Shown here in pieces: positions 1 through 13,730 of a DNA stretch of 64,000 nt. The notes under the pieces are model-generated. The model saw only the letters and a program-made list of their open reading frames with translations, ran no database searches and was not told the origin of the DNA. A program made the translations under genes and the position numbers. Source of the stretch: Octopus vulgaris (lineage: Eukaryota); the NCBI GenBank assembly GCA_951406725.2, contig OX597814.1, positions 128,898,001 to 128,962,000 of the forward strand, in the 5' to 3' direction. Every line of letters starts with the position of its first letter. Positions within the stretch are counted from its first letter, which is position 1.

Positions 1-330
1 CGTCAGGGTTCACATTTAGCTCATGCAACTTCGGTAATCATTTTACCGTTGACTTTCGCATTATATGATACACATTAAACCAGTGGAATACCTTGGATTA
101 CATAATCCCTAATGAGGATATGACTTCCTCAAATTAACTATATATATATATATAATTTTCATTCTAACTGTTGGTAAAGTTAAGAATGGGAAACCAAAAA
201 AATAGAAAAAAAATATATTATATAGTAATTATTTTATTTACCTAATAGATGACTATTTCCAATAATACAACTGTCATTATTAAGACCTTTACTTACACTA
301 ATATTAACATTGGAAAAAGTAAAAGGAAGC

Positions 331-396
<66 letters not shown>

Positions 397-404
397 ACAC
401 ACAC
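331..404. repeat. (AT)n(AC)n microsatellite
   Basis: Direct reading. Similar tracts at 10457-10536 (CT), 13627-13714 (TA/TG) and 35962-36013 (CT). Confidence 0.95.
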
Positions 405-1410
405 TGACTTAATTGCTACATACTTTTCATTTACTCTCTTTCTCTCTACATGTGTGTGTGTGACACATGTATAATATGCAAAATCTTCCAACTCTTTCAA
501 CACTTATATATTCCCCACCACCTCACCTACGCCATTCACAACCCTACAAATACCTCCACACACACAGACACACCCACACATGAGCGCACAAGAAACACAC
601 ATAAACAGCCCTTATCTCAGGAAAATCCTTCCCACACATACTTTTACAAGTACACACATACCTGCCCATTCAAATACATGTTCTTTGCTTCTCATCTAAC
701 TGTTTCACCTATGACTTCTTTGAGGCAGCTAAGCAGTTGAAAAGTGCTATTTTCCCCACATAACCAAAACACCCTACTCCTTAACCATGTGTGGGTTCAC
801 TGATTCTGTTGTAGCTGTATTAGCTGTATAGGTAAGGAAAAAAAATCATATCTCGAGGAAGTCACCCCCTTTTGTAATTTTAGCATAGTAACAACCAATA
901 AAACCAAAGGATGTCTTTCTGTACTGTATGGTCTATAAGCTCTATCATCTTCTTCTTAAATTGATGTAGAGAATTTTGGTCTCTTTTCTAGGGTTCTATG
1001 AACTCAGCAAAATCCTTCTGTTCACAACCCCCTCGCTCAACCAAAATGAAAACTGTTGATTAAAGTTTGCACAGCTGCTGTACAGGCCCTAACATTTGTA
1101 TTTACAATCTCCTATAGTAATTCTTCAATGTTGCATTCTATTATGCTGATTACAGGGCACCATTCCAATATCACATTGATATAATTTTTGAAATAGATGA
1201 GTATCTTGTAACACAGTATAAAAAAAAATTGCAAAAAAAAAAATTATGCAAACTACTAGTGTCAGTACTTGCAAATTTTGATCAAATTTTTATATGCATA
1301 TATTATACTATTTCTAGTTGTGAAATCTAAATATATTTACAATGCCAGATATATTGAGAGAACTATTCTGAAGATATCGCTCTGAATTTGAAGTGGTTAA
1401 AGAGAAATAA

Positions 1411-1732
1411 TATTTTTTTAAAAATTTATGCGCCCTTTTCAAGCCTAGCCAGGCTCATGGGCCCAGTTTCCCGGTTTCTGTGGAGTATGTTTTTCCCCCA
1501 GCTGGACAGGACGCCAGTCCATTGCAGCATTACTCAAGAAACAGGAAGAGAGAGTGGGAGAAAGTTGGGGCAAAAGAATACAACAGGAGTCGCCACCAGC
1601 CCCTGCTGGAGTCTCGTGGAGTTTTAGGTGTTTTCGTTCAATAAACACACACAACGCCCAGTCTGGAAATCGAAACCGTGATCCTCTGACCGCAAGTTCG
1701 CTGCCCTAACCACTGGGCCATTGCGTCTCCAC
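1411..1732 (-). mobile_element. tRNA-derived SINE family C
   Basis: A/B-box head (tggcccagtggttagg...ggtttcgatttcc); TSD aagagaaata; homologous to the copies at 9575 and 52098. Confidence 0.9.
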
Positions 1733-2653
1733 AAAGAGAAATAGCAGCAGAAAAAGACATTAGTGCACAGATGTAATGCTCTTTACATTGGATAAATTGA
1801 TCATACTTATATGTAAATGATAATCTGAAGTAGCACATCATATATGTAAGTTTATGTGTAAGCATGTGTGAATGAAATGATATTTACTTTCATTTTTATT
1901 TACATGCTGAGAGTAAACAAAAGCTTCACCATTGAAACAAATGGTGGCTTTGCTTTGCAGTCCACTTGAAAAGCATGTCTGGGCTTCTTAACATGTCCTG
2001 CCATGTTTCATACACCTTGTAATCAAAAGGCTTGCATTCAAACAAATGGTATCCTTTATTTTCAGTTCTCCATGTAATTATGTCAAGGCTGTTCATTGTT
2101 TGATAGATTGGGGGATTATAATTTTGCTTAGAAACAAGTGTGGGTTGCTTTCAGGAGGAACAGCCATCCATAGAAAACCTCTTTCCCAATATAGTTCATC
2201 TGATCCATGCAAGCATGAAAAAACAGGCATTAAAACAATGATGATTTGATATATATATCATCAACATTCAATGTCTGTTTTCCATGCTGGCATGAGTTGG
2301 ACAGCTTGACAGGAACTGGCAAGGCCAGAAGCTACATAGTCTGTTTTGGCTTCATTTCTACAACTGGATGCCCTTCCTAGCACCAGCCATTTTACAGTGT
2401 GCACTAGGTGCTTTTTACTTGGCACCAGTGCTTTTTACATGGTACCTTAGTTTTAGGTTCTCAGTTCTGTTGTGGTGGGTGGGTCTTCTCAAATACAACA
2501 CTGTAACACATATCTCAGTCTTCTATCATCTCCTTTGTAAGGTTCAGTGTTTTGAGATTGGCCTTCAACACTTTGTGACCTGCCTCCCTGGGTCACCCAC
2601 TTCCATTACTTTCCTCCACTTAAATATAAGATATATATATATATATATATATA

Positions 2654-3243
2654 ATTATATGATAAGGGGAGAAATTGATATTAATCATTTAAAACCAGTG
2701 GCTTAGCATATTTAAAAAATCTGAAAATTAAAAATTGTGTTACATACAAAATTAAGAAGAATGACTACCAAAGCAGACACCTAATATGCTAAACATAGAC
2801 GTCAAATTGTTATTACCACAAAGAATGTGTTCTCAAGAAAAAATCTCAGCAGAAACACCAAAATGTAAAAACAGGTAAGACAAATGAAAATATACGAAAT
2901 AAAAAGCGATTAGCTATGTACCATTGTTTTCACTTGATAATATCTATGTATACAAACATGCAGATATCTGCAAGATCATTAGCGTAGTCTGTTGCTTACA
3001 AAACACAATTTCCAATTGCAGATATCTGTGTGTTTGCAGACATAGATTTTAACAAGTGAAACTAATGGTACATAGGTAATCATTTTATATTTCATATATT
3101 TTCATTTGTCTTGCTCATTTTTACATCTTGGCATTTTTGCTGAGATATTTTCTTAAGAACACATTCATCGTGGTAATGGCGATTTGACTTCTATGTTTAG
3201 CATATTACATGTCCACTTTAGTGCTCATTCCTCTTAATTTTGT
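2654..3243 (-). mobile_element. Older fold-back element in (TA)n, probable PLE-type insertion
   Basis: Imperfect arms of about 230 bp (2744-2973 / 3016-3245), 42-nt loop, about 90-bp unpaired tail, (TA)n on both sides. Confidence 0.65.
2914..2987 (-). ncRNA. Degenerate hammerhead ribozyme motif
   Basis: Minus strand reads ctacg-CTAATGA-t-cttg...caag-t-GAAA-acaatgg-TA-catag. One core mutation and one stem I mismatch consistent with CpG decay. Confidence 0.45.
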
Positions 3244-3296
<53 letters not shown>

Positions 3297-4629
3297 GTGT
3301 GTGTGTGCGTGGCATTTGCTGATATACATCAGTAAAAGATGCAAGCATTAAGAAAACTGAAAATCAGTGCTTTTAATTAGAAATATTCGATCTGGTGTTT
3401 GTTCTGCCCATTTTGTACAGGCAACTCTTTTCTTTCTCATCAGAAATGTAGTTAACCAGTGAGCCCCACAGGGAACTTGAAACCTGCAATGCTATTGTTC
3501 ATAAATTCATACCTATATAAAAATATATAGGTAAATGTTCCATTCAAGGAGTGGTTTCTTATTGCAAATCAGATGCATGGAAGTAGTGAATCAATTACTA
3601 AATACAAATAAATCACTTAAATGTATAGTGTTTAGGCTGCTTATAGCAGTAACGTTAACCTTCTCATGCAAGGGAGCTTAACCTTCTCACACAAAGCTGT
3701 CTACAATGATAAGGTTAACCTTCTGACGCAAGAGAGCTTTGCCTTGGTTGCTCAGAAAGCTAGAAATAGCAGCCAAATCTCCCACAAATACTTAAGACAA
3801 TAAATAATGTAGTCCTACATATACAATGCCTCAAAACAAAAAATAACAGATGGGATGGTTATAGCAGAAATGTTTTTGGCTGTAAGTCTGCTTGGTCAGG
3901 GCTGTCCTGGTGCTAAATAATAATAGATAACCTACTAGATAAACTACACAAATAGTTGTTTGGCTCTGTAATATCACAGAACAATTAACAGGATACAAAT
4001 TGAATATACCAGCCTGTAGGCCTACACATTAACAATTTGGTTGAGTGTAATTTAGTTATTCTGTATCTATGGCTCAGTTAGGATTAAGAAAATGATAGAC
4101 TCATTCACAAGTCTTATAGGATTTTCTGGTGTATATACTCCTTCCTGGATGGGATGCTGGTCTGTTGCAAGAATACTCATTTTTGCCAGCTGAGTGGAGC
4201 AATGTGAAATGAAGTGCTTTGCTCAAGAACACCACACACCAGGAATCAAAACCATAATCTTACAATCATGAGTCCAACATCCTAATCACTAAGCCACATT
4301 TTTCTACTTTGTAGTTGGGATGCTGGGTTCATAATCATAAATGTATAGGTTCAATTTTTGTACTGGGTGGTGCGTTATTTCTTTGAGCAAGATACTACCA
4401 GCCTGATGCTGGTTCTGCCTTCTCCAGCTGTCACATCTTTGATGTTCTACTGGACCTAATGTGAAAGGGCTAAGAGTATGTCTGTCTGCTTGTGACTACA
4501 TAGGTATTGAGAATAATTAATGAAAGAATGGTACCAGCTACCAAGTCATACTACCTTGTGAGTAATGGTTAAGCATGCTTCAGTTATGAGAAGATATAGC
4601 TAATTAGGAAATTGTGCAGGGTTCTATGA

Positions 4630-5190
4630 AATTGTTCCAGTCAAAAACCTTTACTTTTATTTTCCTTCAGTATTTCTTATTTGTATGAAAAGTTAGTTCA
4701 AATAACAAAGATGATTTATTGTAAACTAATGTCACCTGAGAACTGTTATGTATATTGAAGCTTTTAATTTAGAGATGCATTCCAGTGAGAAGGTACTCAC
4801 AGATCCAAGAAACAATTATTGTTTAGACAGCCTTAAGAAAGCTATGATAAAGCTGATGATAAAGATGATGATGATTATATTGTTGATGAACGATGCCATT
4901 TAAAGATGGAAATGTTTTTAATTGAAATCCTAGGGAAAATTTACAAAAGATAAAACAACTATAAAATACCACTTCCTTTTCTCAGGGATTGAAACAGGTG
5001 ATTCTTAGGATATTCATAGAAATTGTTGTGCTAAAAATTCTTGAACACCTTCCAAAGAAGCAGCAGAAATGATGGCCATTTTCAGGTACTCTGAGCAAAA
5101 CCACTTCAGTAATGTCCCCTACCCAGTCTACATTAACTACAGCAAGGCTTGAATATGTTGTCCAGTAATCTATTAAGGTCTGTGAAGTTG
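4630..5190 (+). pseudogene. Possible heavily decayed processed pseudogene of a DEAD-box helicase
   Basis: Ordered motif-like remnants: KTFTFI(F)P near 4645 (motif I region), frameshifted SP..REL near 4732 (motif Ia), and KILEHLPKKQQK*WPFSGTLS at 5034-5096 (LP..Q..FSAT, motif III). No intact DEAD motif. Confidence 0.33.
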
Positions 5191-5297
5191 GATTACAATC
5201 TCTTGTTACTGCCGGGGAATTGTTACTTTTGGTCTATCTTTTTCCATGCACTAGCATAGCTTCAACAGAAATTGATTTGAGGCAGAATTTTGGTTGT

Positions 5298-5548
5298 CAA
5301 ATAGTTGTTTGACCCTGTGATAACACAGTGCAATTGACAGGATGCAAATTGAATATACCAGCCTGTAGGCCTACACTGTAACAATTTGGTTGAGTGTAAT
5401 TTAGTTATTCTGTATCTATGAAGATAAAGGTGCATGGCTCAGTTAAGATTAAGAAAATGATAGACTCATTCACAAGTCTTATAGGATTTTCTGGTGTATA
5501 TACTCCTTCCTGGATGGGACAATGGTCTGTCACAAGAACACTCATTTT
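5298..5548 (+). repeat. Local direct duplication of 3949-4183
   Basis: Shared non-repetitive-looking sequence gaatataccagcctgtaggcctacac...tactccttcctggatggga, with one indel of about 15 bp. Confidence 0.9.
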
Positions 5549-5726
5549 CTATCACCTGTTTTACTAGCATGAGATTTTTATTCTGAAGGAATTTGAAAGC
5601 ACAGCCAATGGTTGATTTGTAGACAGGGAAATGTAAACAATATTCACTGGCAGCAGCCCAAACAAATAGCATCATTGTTTACAGCTGAGCCATGGAAAGT
5701 GACTTCAACTCAGTAGTCTTATAAAA

Positions 5727-5761
<35 letters not shown>

Positions 5762-6703
5762 ATGGGTTTCTTTAGTTTCGGGTTACCATATTTCCTAACA
5801 AGGATTTGGTCAGTCTGGAGCTTTAGCAAAACACAGTTGGTCAAGATGCTAAGCAGTGGGGCTGAACCTAAAGCCATAGGTGTGAGGAGTGAGTTTAACT
5901 ACACAGCCATGCCTGTGTCTGTATACCATCCATAAGAAAGCCTGGATATTTCTCTGAGAAGAGTTATCTTTCATAAGTTCTTGCTGAATACTTTTCTAGT
6001 ATTTTTCTGTATTTAGATAAAGCTGAATAAACAAACACACACACACATGAAAAAAAAAAGGAAAAAGAAAAAAGTGGTCGTGATATTGCATATTGAAGTT
6101 ACTCATGCATGAAGTGAAGGAATTACAGCATGGAGATACAATAATGTTTACTTCAACAGCCAGCACTTCATTTCATCTTGCTGGCAAAAAGGGAAAAATC
6201 TATTTGAGAATTTCACGAATATTCTGAAGTGATAAGGAAAGGAATAGCTTGGAATTGGGAAAAAAAAAAAACGGACATTAAGATGTGAGGAAAGGTATAA
6301 ATGTTGGACTAATATTAATCTTCAGGAAGAAATAAACTGGTTTATAAAACTCAGTAAAGAGATTTAGTCGTTTATATATTTCTTTATTTCTCTTTCTCTA
6401 AATCACCAAATGGTTGAAATTGTATAGATGGAAGTGTACTTAAAGGAATCGGAGAATTATTTATCTACTGAGTGATCCTTCATATTCCATAACCTGACGT
6501 AATTTCTGACCATTCTATTCAACATGCTATCCAAGCTAGTGAGCTGACAGAATTACTAGAGCATCTTAGAATATTTCTTCTGACTCTATACATTCTGAGT
6601 TCAAATCATGTCAGGTCAACTTTGTCTTTCATCCTCTTGGGTGGGGAGGTGATGAAATAAAGTACCAGTGATGTGCTGGAGTTAGTGTAGTTGACTAATT
6701 ACC

Positions 6704-6940
6704 GATTTCTTTACTATCCACAAGGGGCTAGACACAGAGAGGACAAACAAGGACAGACAAACGAATTAAGTCAATTACATTGGCCCCCAGTGCATAACTG
6801 ATACTTATTTAATTGATCCCGAAAGGATGAAAGGCAAAGTCGACCTCAGCGGAATTTGAACTCAAAATGTAGCGGCAGATGAAATACTGCTAAGCATTAT
6901 CGCCCTGCATGCTAACGTTTCTGCCAGCTCACTGCCTTTA
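6704..6940 (-). mobile_element. SINE family B (Meta-domain-like) monomer nested in an older SINE
   Basis: Contains gtcgactttgcctttcatcctttcggg..aagta(c/t)cag, similar to the MetaSINE central domain; TSD tagttgactaatta. Confidence 0.85.
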
Positions 6941-9244
6941 ATAGTTGACTAATTACCTCACCTCAAAACTGTTAGCCTTGTGTCTTAGAAACCATCCAGT
7001 TCGTCTTTGACACTAATAAAGAAGATTCTATATCAAGTATGTAAGATCTCTTGCCCACAGGAAATATTTCACCTGTTTTCAAATTTGAAACCACTGACTA
7101 ATGAAGTCCCTAAAAGCCTCTGGGAGGTGGTTGGGTGTGGAGCTTAAGTCTAAGGATCAAAACGCTAATATACATTGCATACTTATGAATTTGTAAAATT
7201 AAAAATTTATTATTGTTTCAGCACATCCCCTCCTAACCACTAGAGGTTCACAGGTACTAAAAATTTCCCTGCCCTTGCTCTTTGAGGTCTCTCAACCTGC
7301 TTGAAATAGACCCAAATGTCTCCCATACCATGCCCTACTGTTCTGAACCCGCTGGATGATTGTAATTAAACAGTGAATGATTGTCTGAAACATGATGAGA
7401 TGTCATGGATGGAATACCTTTGATCATAGTTGCTCTATCAGGTTTGATCTTGAGAAAGACAACAACTGTTAATCGGTCATTGATATCAGTAAATCCTTTG
7501 ACTGTATTGACTTTGGTAGAATGTTAGCATCAGGTATTTGATATGACTTCACAAATCTTTCATTGAATAATGAGAGAAATTTTGGGGTGTGGGGAACAAT
7601 CAACCACAATACTTTTGAGGAGAGAAGGTAATGCCCAAGACCCTTCACAAGCCTTCCAAGACTAATGCATGGGAGAGAGAGGAGGGAAACCTGGCCTGAA
7701 CTCTTGCAACAGAGTGGACCCTACTAAAGACACCTAAAATGATTGGTTGTAGTGGTATTAGACTAGGCAGCAGATTGTCTACCTTAGAAAAATTAAAGGT
7801 AAAGTTGACCTCATCAGGATTTGAACTTAGTATGTAGGTTACCATTAACTAAGTATTGGATATTTTGTCCATTTTAATGATTCTACCAATCCATTAATCT
7901 CATCATTATCATCATCATTACTAAATACCAACAATAATTAAGTAGAATTTAATGCAAATTTAGTTTTATCATTAATATTTAATTATAAAATCATTGATTA
8001 TGCATTAACTTGGTAAAGTGAATTTGATGAAAGGAATTATTTTAAAATCTATTTTGGGAAGCATGTCAACTTGAGAGTGTGAAACATTATGTAAATCCAA
8101 AGAATTTAATATCTTAAATCTTTTAAAAAGGTCTTCCAGTTTGATAAATTAATATCATATTCTCTTCATACTACAATGTCCCTGTTAAGCCTACTAAGTC
8201 ATGAAACATGAACACTGAATAATTGTAATGTTAATTGCTTTTAAATTCTTTTAAGTACAAAGCTTATTTTTGCAATGTAGTGTGACACACATTACCTGCA
8301 AGATATTGATTCCATCGAATGAGATGAAAATTGAAGTTGATCCTGGCAGAGTTTAGACTCAAAATTTAGAAGAATGAAATTAAACTGTTAGACATTTCAT
8401 TCTGGCAATATTATTTCAGCCAACTTACATTTCTTTTTATGTTTTACTTGTTTCAGTCATTGGACTGTGGCCATGCTAGGGCACTGCCTTGATGGGTTTA
8501 GTCAAAGAAATAGTCAAACAAGACATTTTAGTCTTTTGTTTCATTCACTGGATTGTGACAATGCTGGGGCATCGCCTTTATCAAAATGATGCCATTACTC
8601 AAGTAATAAGTTTGGTGCTTATTCTATTAGTATTTCTCTCTACCAAACTATGTTATGAAGACATAACCAAGTGTACACTGTGAAATGATAACATACATAC
8701 AAATGTAGCACAAGCTTCTCATAGGTTTTCACCTACCAAATTCACTCCCAAAACAATGGTCTGCCAAGGAATCCAGTAGATGTTTGTCTAAGCTTTTATT
8801 ATTAAAACAAACTAAAGAAATAGATAATATTGTTTTGTCTTGCTTTTGCTTTAATTGGAACATAGAGAAATCATTGCATTTGTTTCCTTACTTGTTCTGT
8901 GTGAGATCTAGTGTCCGGGTCAGAAATCTATATTTTGGGTCTTGATACATTTTAGACATCTTCAGACTGCTTCATATCAACAATTCCTATGGCCAGTCAT
9001 TGCTTAAACTACATAGCATCCATTATCAATGAGTAATATTTGTTTGTTCAATATAATTGTTCTAATTCATTTTTCTTTCTCACAAAAAATATTATTTTAA
9101 TGTTCTATCTCCTCTCTTTCAAGCTTTTGAAAATTCATTCCCATCCTTAATTCTTAATCTGTATTAAATCACTCATACTGATATATTCATCTTTGTTCAT
9201 AACTACTGCAACAACAACACAGCAGTATCTGTAATTAAATTAAC

Positions 9245-9275
<31 letters not shown>

Positions 9276-9441
9276 TAATAATAATTAAAAGTAATAAATT
9301 AATTTAACACTAACAAAAAAAGTTACAATGATAGTTAAAAGAATAATTTATTTGATGTGAGGGTAACAAAGGTTAGATATTACATTTCAGATTTTGCAGA
9401 AAGTTCAATATTATACAATAAACATTCATTGGAAGTTTGAT

Positions 9442-9472
<31 letters not shown>

Positions 9473-9574
9473 TAAGGCTGGCTTGATGTCACAAGGTGGA
9501 TATAAGCATTAGTCACAATGTGGATACAAGCATTAGATAATTGACAAGGCTGCTGAGTCCTTGTGTGTCAATAT

Positions 9575-9895
9575 TTATTTTTTTATCTATGTGCCCTTTT
9601 CAAGCCTAGCCAGGCTCATGGGCCCGGTTTCCAGGTTTCTGTGGCGTATGTGTTCCCTCCAGCTGGACGGGATGCCAGTCCATCGCAGCGTTACTGAAGA
9701 AACAGGAAGCAAGAGTGAGAGAAAGTTGGGGCGAAAGAGTACAACACAGGTCACCACCACCCCCTGCCAAAGCCTCGTGGACCTTTAGGTGTTTTCGCTC
9801 AATAAACACACACAATGGCCGGTCTCGGAATCAAAACCGCGATCCTCCGACTGTGAGTCCACTGCCCTAACCACTGGGCCATTGCACCTCCACAA
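9575..9895 (-). mobile_element. SINE family C
   Basis: Full-length homology to 1411-1732; TSD gtgtcaatat. Confidence 0.9.
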
Positions 9896-10475
9896 GTGTC
9901 AATATGGAGAGCATGTAAGACTATCATATGTACTTTGAGTCTTCTGCACTTGATGGGATCATAGGTGCTCTGTCATAACATAAGAGAACTTGAGCATTTT
10001 TTTATTTAGTCTAACTGCAGCTGTTTCCTTCTTAGAGAAGTCCATAGTGTTGGGTTGGTACTTCAGTTGTTGGTCCATCATTTGAACATTCATTTTTCTA
10101 TGTTTGCATGGGTTAGAATTCGTTGAGGTAGATTTTCTCTGGCTTTTCTTGTTACTAGCCTCAACTATTTCCAAGCAAGGTAATAATTCCCCATGGCCTA
10201 ACATGCTTATCATGGGAGATAGGAAATTAACAACTACAGATATGATGATGATGCTCATTTACAACCCTCACATGATGTCAAGACAAGGATACACACTAAT
10301 ATATATGATGAACTTCTTTCAGACTCCATCTGTTGAATCTACTCACCAGGCTTTGATTGGCTGGAAGCTGTAGTGGAAGACCTTTGCCCAAAGTGTTATG
10401 CAGTGGTAATGAAACTGAAACAATGTGGTTGGGAAGCAAACTTAGCCACTTATGCACCTCTCTCTCTCTCTCTCT

Positions 10476-10539
<64 letters not shown>

Positions 10540-10938
10540 CGACCATAGCCCATTTCTTCCAGAAGGATAGAGTGAAGAAGTGACTCTAGTGCTGAACTGG
10601 TACACAATTAACCTTGACTTTGGTGTGATTTGAACTCCGTGTGACTAAGACATACTATCCATTCATTGTTAATTGACTACCTTAGTACAAACAGGTCGAA
10701 TGTAGAATGGATTTAAATGTTAAAAGGAAGAGACAAAAGTCAAACATTTTGAACAGGACATTTTGAATCCCTTTGTTGGGGGAGAGAAATTTTTCTGGAG
10801 GTAATGAATTGAAGGTGATCTCTACTCCATCACAAAATGCTTTATATCTCTCTGCAACAAAAATGTCTACTTGAAATGTTAAATTTTTCTTCCTTATGGC
10901 AAATGAAATTAATCCACATCTGATTTGTTTATAGTTTG

Positions 10939-11027
10939 TTATGGTTTCCATTCTATCGACTGAATTGCTTTATCAACAACTGTGAGACAATCTGACAATA
11001 TAGCCGACCTGACAGGTGCAATACAAA
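10939..11027 (-). CDS. Candidate terminal coding exon
   Basis: ttgttgttacag| acceptor; phase-1 join with 12822-12945 gives F-CIAPVRSAILSDCLTVVDKAIQSIEWKP-stop. Confidence 0.3.
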
Positions 11028-11444
11028 CTGTAACAACAACAACAACAATAACAATGAACAAACAAGAATGACAATATTAATAATATTTATTAATGATTAG
11101 CATTAGATTTCCTAATCTAATCCATCAATCTTTCAAAAGCATCTATTCAGATTAGAACAAACCAACAATATGCAAAAAAAAAAAAATCATTTTGAATATT
11201 ACCATCTAAATGTGATTGAGGATCAAAGTTGATGTGTGTCAAGAACTGGTACAAATTAATGACACACATTTATGGAAATAGAATAAAACGATCTTAAATT
11301 ATCCATAGTATTCTTGATTAGCTGTGAACTTGTGGCCTATGAGCTGAGAGGTTGATGCTGTGTAATCTAATTAACTCGTTTTGTTTTAAAGAGAAATGTT
11401 AAATAGCTGTCTTAAATAACTGAGAAGTAATAAATAGCCCATGT

Positions 11445-11913
11445 CTTTCTCAGTCTTACTCTTCAACAGTTTCTTTCCACTCGGATCTCCTAGCTCTCCT
11501 TTACCCGTTTGTCATCATCCATGTGTATTACACACCTGTAACAATGCAGTCATCTCTCTTGCACACATCTGATACCTCTAACATCCACTTTATCTCTCAG
11601 CTCATCTGTGCCATGTTGCTCATGCACACTAACATTACATATCCACTGGAGCATACTTGCTTCATTTCTCTCTAATCTTCGCATATCTCCTCCACTCAAT
11701 CTCCATATCTTACTAAGCAGCATCACACTTCATATACAAGCAATGTACAATCAATTCTTCACTTGAAAAGGATACTCTTGCTGCCAACAGAAGTAACAGC
11801 TCTTTGAACTTTTCCACCTATTTTTTTTTTCTGACTACCATGCTTTCAAAGCACACCATTCTTTACAACTACTTAATCACCTAGGTAACAGTAGCTATCA
11901 ACTATTTCTACAG
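11445..11913 (-). mobile_element. Degraded RTE LINE fragment (ORF C-terminus)
   Basis: Reverse complement is collinear with about 20280-20860 of the intact LINE (EVVDSFxYLGD, RNEASMLxW, VQERxL regions), with many indels. Confidence 0.7.
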
Positions 11914-12821
11914 AACCTTTTAAGAATTGAAAAGAATTTATATTATCAGTGTTCTGTGAACTACAACTGTACATCTGTCGCAGTCTTTCTTCACTGTTAG
12001 TTGATAAATAGTGAGTGAAAAAAAAAAAAAGAAACAGAGGCTCTGCCTGGTTCTTGAGTTAGACAAATAATGACCAAATTTCCCTCAAATCCTACCCAAT
12101 CACTTTAGAAAAGGAAAGGTCTTGTTAAATAATGTCCTCCTACATACTTTTTCCAAAAGAGACTGGGTCATCAGGGCTTTGATCATAGGCTTGTTGAATC
12201 CGGATTGTCCTTGGGCTATACTGCAACAGTATGCAGGATGAAGCCAGAAATGTATATCAATATAGAGATCATAAAACAATAAACAAAAAGAATACTAATT
12301 TCACCAATTCCAGTTCTGTCATGTAAAAAGTTAGAAGGGGAAAATATTCTAGTTTTGATTCTTTTCAATATTTTTCTTCCAGTAAGTTGTGATTTGTATT
12401 TTAAAATATCTGAGTAGCAACTACATTGATCTCTAGAATTATTGGTTTTAGGCTCTGATAAGAAGAGATGGAAATATTTTACAGCCAGATGGAATTGCAA
12501 TCAGTTTACTGATTATAATCATTCTACTAACTCATTCACGTCAAAATATGCAAAAGAGAAAGAAAAAATTTGAAATAAAGCTATGAAAAAAAAAATCTTT
12601 TCTAAGATATATTCAGCATAAATCGGTGAATGGAGGAACAAGGCCAACTGAGAAATTTGATTTCATGGTAGATTGGAGCTAGAAACAATTTAAACCTTGG
12701 TAATAACCTTGCCTGAAGTGTGTGCATGCAAATATCTAAATTAACCAATACTGTTAAACAAACTTCTGATATGTTAAAAGCTATCAAGACATGTGAAGTA
12801 CTCAATATATTCACAGCTTAC

Positions 12822-12945
12822 ACTGTTGTTTGACCAATCTCTGAACAGCATGTAAATATGTTCGTAACACTGTTGCATACAACTCACAAATATATTTGTC
12901 ATCTGTAAATCTCTTCTCGTTGAGCCTACCAAACACTAAACATAC
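12822..12945 (-). CDS. Candidate internal coding exon of an unidentified host gene
   Basis: catag| acceptor, |gtaagc donor, 124 bp open: VCLVFGRLNEKRFTDDKYICELYATVLRTYLHAVQRLVKQQ, ending in phase 1. No recognised homology. Confidence 0.33.
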
Positions 12946-13124
12946 CTATGTATGGAATTAGCTTTGAATAACCAGCTGCCCTGTACATGTGTGCATTGCT
13001 GCTGCTATGCAATTGTAATTTGAGTAATGCTATCTTGGTTATCAAATTGTAAATGCCACGAACCCAACAAACTAATAACAGAGCCTTTTTTGTTGTTTCT
13101 TAGTTTGTGAAAATGTTTGTTGTT

Positions 13125-13289
13125 TGTTCCTTCTCGAGCCATGCCTGGCTCATTAGGGCCAGTCTCCCAGTTTCCTTGGCATATAGGTTCCCTGCCTCAT
13201 AAACACACACATCACACAGTCTGAGATTTGAACCTGCATTTCCTCGATCACGACTCCACTGCTCTAACCACTAGGCCATGTGCCTCCAC
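13125..13289 (-). mobile_element. Short family C-related SINE
   Basis: Head gtggaggcacatggcctagtggttagagcagtggagtcg and tail similar to family C; middle missing. Confidence 0.65.
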
Positions 13290-13632
13290 AGTTTGTGAAA
13301 ATAATACCTAAATATCCCTCAAACCAACCTCAATGTGTTAAAAAAAGACCTTGGATAAGGTAAGCTTAGGTATACAGTCAGAAAAAAATGGTATACTGGA
13401 TGAAGGCAAACCTAAGCCAAAACAATATGAACTAAAGTTTCTATAAATTCCTGAGTGATATTGTTAAAAAGACAAAAACAGGCTTAGTGCTTTTTCAATT
13501 ATATGAGACAATTTGTAACTAGTTGATTAACTAAACCAATTACTAAAAGGTGCTCTACTGATGACCATCCCATCTATTCATCTATTTTCAGAAATACATC
13601 TATGACTACATTATTCACTGTACCTTTATATA

Positions 13633-13715
<83 letters not shown>

Positions 13716-13730
13716 CTGTATTATAAAGGT

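Noticed and set aside
12305-12455. Exon-like open frame on the minus strand between the two candidate exons
   Set aside because: Splicing from the upstream candidate would create TAG immediately, and the donor is weak.
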